Shown here: positions 61,001 to 64,000 of the stretch, in pieces
Position numbering within the stretch: position 1 is the first letter of the stretch
Layout of the letters: each line of letters starts with the position of its first letter
NCBI GenBank assembly: GCA_963668315.1
Contig: OY764216.1
Coordinates: 1,472,001 to 1,536,000, forward strand
Source: Spirochaetia bacterium
GTDB lineage: Bacteria; Spirochaetota; Spirochaetia; DSM-2461
Length of the DNA: 64,000 bases
Direction: 5' to 3'
The notes under the pieces: model-generated
The model's database searches: none
What the model was told of the DNA's origin: nothing
What the model saw: only the letters and a program-made list of their open reading frames with translations
Program-made: the position numbers and the translations under genes

Positions 61001-61214
61001 TATTGATGAGGTTCCCCACGAGAAGAAGACTTCCGCCATATTACGGAATATTATCGATCTGGGGCATACGCTCAATATGGAAGTCGTTGCCGAAGGGGTG
61101 GAAAAAGAGGATCAGCGGGAATTCCTGGAACGGAACGGATGCGATGTCATTCAGGGATATTTTTATTACAAGCCGATGCGGCTGGAGGAGCTGCTCAAGC
61201 TTCTCTCCGATTAA
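58080..61214 (+). CDS. Cache-HAMP-PAS-GGDEF-EAL signalling protein
   Basis: Two Cache-like repeats (GYFFVID...IHP; GYVFILD...IHP), PAS domains, intact RLGGDEF, EAL, DDFGTGYS. TTG start inferred from GAGG at 58071. Confidence 0.9.
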   Translation: MLLKKFPIQRKLLLSFTGLFILIIMLTLMAVSFLIYRERRKDVKRELENITKTVAELVMSHLELMHEFKLEEEVESAKSVLGYLYEKGHQDGRSDEDIRDLAASYLSRVKVGDSGYFFVIDSSGNVQIHPHPELVGQSLLEYEFVRTQIAAREGFLEYLWKNPDEDEYREKALYMTYFEPFDWIISASTYNEDFFSLFSVEKIKESLENIPVGNEGYVFILDGDGKLLIHPQYEGMNVGNLNIEGFDSSFLMDIMAEKNGSMSYQWTDKESGRKAERFLLFREIPEIGWIIGSVVPFGEYTSFIVRIYLFTALIFAVAFLLFYLMSHRISLMFARPLIGIMDFLERTCYSELSQRLDESGRDEFSQLSRRINEFLDAVEEEKNNRLIAEEENRILAQFTNGNPYPVMRVDSNGYILYVNRASIELMKFWEIAFDTKLPADLTLMIRERDSELVDIEYKRKNRIYNIMLSFFEDQDSCYLLISDITERKEDEYLLMMSESVFSHTMEGIIITNPDGTIVRVNPAFCQISGYSEEEVIGANPRLLRSDHHGKDFFSALWSALLENGTWTGEIWNRRKNGEAFPEWLTINSIKDDSGKLVHYVGIFKDISDIKESEEKLRYQVSHDALTGLPNRILFEDRLNRAIARAGRNRYNLAVLFLDMDNFKNINDTLGHQAGDDFLKIIGERLVQSCREEDTVARLGGDEFVILIPELTEQHNLIEITSRIQITVGKSLLFNTHELHPSVSIGVTIFPDDGDTPALLMKNADLAMYKAKDSGKGTYSLFNKEMNRQVKKRMELEGQLKKSLQRKEMYLLYQPKVSVRSGKITGLEALVRWENKKLGLISPVDFIPLAEESGFIHALGDWVLETALDALSEINSRGELGWEMAVNLSTRQFRDINLTARIESIIRRSGIDPSHINLEITEHAAMEESGESLEIVSRLKQLGVRISIDDFGTGYSSYGYLKQFEVQCLKIDKSFIDEVPHEKKTSAILRNIIDLGHTLNMEVVAEGVEKEDQREFLERNGCDVIQGYFYYKPMRLEELLKLLSD

Positions 61215-63505
61215 TTCTCCCCGTCGGAGCTTTTTTCCCTGACGGTCATCTCTTCTTCCGGGATCGGCCTGGAGTAGAGATAGCCCTGGGCATAGGGCAC
61301 ATTCATGGAGAGCAGGAGCTCGTGCTCTTCCTCCTCTTCCACACCTTCGGCGATAAGTGTCGTTCCCAGGACATTGTTCAAACTGATCAGACTCTCCATG
61401 ATCCCTATCTGCCGGCTGTTCTCCTGGAGATGACTGACAAAAAGCCTGTCCAGCTTCAGGGTATCAAAAGCTTCGGACTGCAGCCTTCCCAGGGAGGACT
61501 CACCCGTACCGAAGTCGTCCATAACCAGAAGATATCCCGCCTCTACGAGTTTTCTCAGGCTGTCCCAGAAGAAGACCGCTCCCTTCCCGGCATAGGTCTC
61601 GGTTATCTCCAGCTTCAGACGCTTTTTCCCGATTCCGTACTCTTCCACCAGTCCGTCCAGCCTGGCAAGAAAATCGGAGTCCAGAAACTGTACGGGGCTG
61701 ACGTTGACGGAGATGAACCAGGATTTCTCCCGGCCCAGGGTACTGAGTATTCTCAGCGCCTCCCGTATTACGAACCATCCGATTTCGATGATATGGCCGT
61801 TCTCTTCGGCCAGGGGGATAAAACGGTCGGGGGGGATAAGCATCCCCTTTTTCGCGCTCATCCAGCGAACCAGGGCTTCATAGCCCATAACCCTCCTGTC
61901 CCGGAGCCTGACGATGGGCTGGTAATAGACCAGAAGTTCTTCCAGAAAATCGGAACTTCCCATAGCCGTTTCCAGTTCCATTCTTTCTGTCCGTTTTCTG
62001 TTCAGTTCATCGTCGTATCTGATAACCCGGCTGTAGCGGTAGGAGGGATCTCCGATTCCCTCGGTCAGGGTCATACCCGCCTGGCTGATCAGCTGATCCA
62101 TGCTGACCGCTTCACGGAAGGGAATGATGCTTATCCTCAGGCGGGGCCTGACCTCCTTACCTTTGTGACTGATCGTCCTGCGGAACCTCTCCAGGTAACT
62201 ATGGGCTGTGATTTCCGCCTCTTTCTCATCCATATTTTCGAAGAGAAGAAAGAAAATAAAACCGTTTCCCCGGAAGATCCTGGCTCCGGGGGGACAACTG
62301 TCTTTCAGCTTTACTGCGAAGGCGTGGAGCAGGCTGTCGATAAAATCTTCATCCAGGACATAGGAGAGCTCCCGTATGTTATCCAGCGAGACCTGCATGA
62401 GCTGCCGCCTGTCCCGGGCCCCTTCGGGGGGGGAGACCTTTTCCTTGAGGGCGCGCAGATTTTCCAGCCCCGTGACGGAATCATGAAAGGCCAGGTACTG
62501 GAGCTGGGCTTCGGTCCTCTTCCGTATCTCAATTTCATCCTTGAGAGCCACATTCTCCTGGCTGAGCTGGCGGTTCTTGCTCCTATGGCGGCTGTTGCTG
62601 GCCATGAAGGCGTGCCAGATAAGGAATGACATTCCGAAGATAAGGGTGATAAAAAAACTGATACGGGTCTGCCGCAGCTCTTTGATAAAATCTCCCGGCC
62701 CCATGGTTCCGAACAGAATAAAGGGAGAGTTCTCGCTTTCCGCAGTGAAGAGAAAGGGATTGTTCTTGCTCACTTGGAGATAGGCATGGATGCTGCTGCT
62801 CGACGGAATCTTTCCCTCGTGCCCGTGGACATAGATGGGCTGCCCCTGCCGGTCGGAAAGGTAGATGCTGTCAAAGCTCTCGAAATCGAACTGATCCAGG
62901 AAGTGGGCCAGGCGCGGGACAATGATGTCGGCTGTGACAACGCCCTGGAAACTGCCGTTTCTGAAAAAAGGCCCTCCGAAGGTAATATAGGTATAGTCCC
63001 CCCCGTCGTAAGGGGGGATAACGGTGATTTCCCCCTTCTTCAGAGCCGCCAGGGTCTTATACCACTCCCTGCCGGGATAATCGTATTCGCGGCTATTCCA
63101 TTCGTAGGTCAGCGACCAGGTTTCGGCGGCCGGTTCATCCCTCCGTACGTAGGGGCCGTACAGAGCCGTCTCCGGCTCAAAGCATCCCGGAGCGTACCAT
63201 ATTCCCACTCCGTAGAGGAGTTCCGACTGGGAGGACGAGAATATCCCTTTCAAAAAGTTTTCATGACTCTCCCGTATAAGGGGAAGGTGACCCACCAGTT
63301 CCGTCGTTGTGGCTATGGTCTGGTAGAAGGAGGAGAACTGGATCTCCATATCATTAAGAATACCTGTCAGGCTTTCGTCTCTTTTCTCTATAATCGTCTG
63401 TTTTTCCCTGACACCGGTTACGGCTGTGATTCCCAGACCGATGAGAAGTATGACGACGAGCATCAGTATAAGTGAATTCTGCTGTGGCTTGGACCCTTCT
63501 GCCAT
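61211..63505 (-). CDS. Cache-domain EAL phosphodiesterase with degenerate GGDEF domain
   Basis: YGPY...WYK...GVVTADI Cache motif; GGDEF position reads RGNGFIF; YEALVRW, DDFGTGES, AEGVE. Confidence 0.88.
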   Translation of the reverse strand: MAEGSKPQQNSLILMLVVILLIGLGITAVTGVREKQTIIEKRDESLTGILNDMEIQFSSFYQTIATTTELVGHLPLIRESHENFLKGIFSSSQSELLYGVGIWYAPGCFEPETALYGPYVRRDEPAAETWSLTYEWNSREYDYPGREWYKTLAALKKGEITVIPPYDGGDYTYITFGGPFFRNGSFQGVVTADIIVPRLAHFLDQFDFESFDSIYLSDRQGQPIYVHGHEGKIPSSSSIHAYLQVSKNNPFLFTAESENSPFILFGTMGPGDFIKELRQTRISFFITLIFGMSFLIWHAFMASNSRHRSKNRQLSQENVALKDEIEIRKRTEAQLQYLAFHDSVTGLENLRALKEKVSPPEGARDRRQLMQVSLDNIRELSYVLDEDFIDSLLHAFAVKLKDSCPPGARIFRGNGFIFFLLFENMDEKEAEITAHSYLERFRRTISHKGKEVRPRLRISIIPFREAVSMDQLISQAGMTLTEGIGDPSYRYSRVIRYDDELNRKRTERMELETAMGSSDFLEELLVYYQPIVRLRDRRVMGYEALVRWMSAKKGMLIPPDRFIPLAEENGHIIEIGWFVIREALRILSTLGREKSWFISVNVSPVQFLDSDFLARLDGLVEEYGIGKKRLKLEITETYAGKGAVFFWDSLRKLVEAGYLLVMDDFGTGESSLGRLQSEAFDTLKLDRLFVSHLQENSRQIGIMESLISLNNVLGTTLIAEGVEEEEEHELLLSMNVPYAQGYLYSRPIPEEEMTVREKSSDGEN

Positions 63506-63592
63506 GATTGATGATTATATGGGTATAAGGGAAAAATATCAAAAACATTTCCCCCTCTTCTTGAAAAAAACAGTCTCCGGGTCTATGTTTGA

Positions 63593-63615
63593 AACATACC
63601 TACCGTAGGTATGTT
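63593..63615. promoter_or_regulatory. Perfect palindromic TetR operator
   Basis: AACATACCTAC-c-GTAGGTATGTT overlapping TTGAAA (63589-63594), upstream of the TetR gene. Confidence 0.8.
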
Positions 63616-63634
63616 ATTTTTAATGGGGCATAAA

Positions 63635-64000
63635 ATGAAGGATACAAAGGAAAAAATCATCGGACAGGCGCTTATCTACTTTTTCGAAAACGATTATGAG
63701 GGTGCCTCTCTGAACGACATCGCCGGGGCTCTGGGCGTGACGAAAGGGGCAATCTATCACTACTTCGGAAGTAAGGATGAACTGTTCAAGGCCGCCGTCT
63801 ATCATATGGTGGAGGAGCTGGGAAAACAGATGTCCGGAATGTGGTGCGGTTCGGACGGACTCTCCTTCAAGGATACGATGGCCCTCTGGTTCAATTTCGG
63901 AGCCATGATGAGTGAAACCAATGAACTGGCGGGGACGGATCTTTTCCGGGACTACGCCAACGTTATCTATCTCATGTTTACGGCAATCAAAAAGTTTCCC
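63635..64000 (+). CDS. TetR/AcrR-family regulator, 3' end outside window
   Basis: Manual translation: MKDTKEKII...ASLNDIAGALGVTKGAIYHYFGSKDELF. Confidence 0.9.
   Translation, partial: MKDTKEKIIGQALIYFFENDYEGASLNDIAGALGVTKGAIYHYFGSKDELFKAAVYHMVEELGKQMSGMWCGSDGLSFKDTMALWFNFGAMMSETNELAGTDLFRDYANVIYLMFTAIKKFP

Noticed and set aside
1..64000. Defence island, prophage, IS, tRNA or rRNA
   Set aside because: No integrase, transposase, phage, cas or structural-RNA signature seen; Lhr and the EEP nuclease are unlinked and sit in housekeeping contexts.

Overview
Chromosomal window from a moderately GC-rich anaerobe. Gene content and the 'NGxxE'-type binding-protein N-termini suggest a free-living Spirochaetales-like organism (inference only). 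It encodes an APH-family kinase (partial), HydG, AraC plus beta-glucuronidase, an SDR, a YcjNOP-like sugar ABC locus with a second permease pair fused into a two-component operon, an MCP, PepN, an ABC-2 exporter, fucose/rhamnose genes (fucU, rhaM, rhamnose ABC, YesMN-like TCS), a CBS / PTS-EIIA-CBS / ArsB-NhaD operon, an Opp/Dpp system, five GGDEF/EAL proteins, an enlarged glutamate dehydrogenase, full-length Lhr, an iron ADH, a PfkB kinase and a TetR (partial). I saw no rRNA, tRNA, CRISPR array or mobile element. Best candidate for a new system: a 119-aa leader ORF (36564-36923) with a signal-like N-terminus and a C-terminal RAPP ribosome-arrest motif. Its last codons are complementary to the Shine-Dalgarno of the downstream CBS / EIIA-CBS / NhaD-type operon, a SecM/MifM/VemP-like layout controlling an ion-transport module. 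Second candidate: duplicated ABC permeases with altered EAA loops, translationally coupled to a histidine kinase and response regulator. Many genes look leaderless. All calls come from reading motifs by eye; no database searches or folding programs were run.
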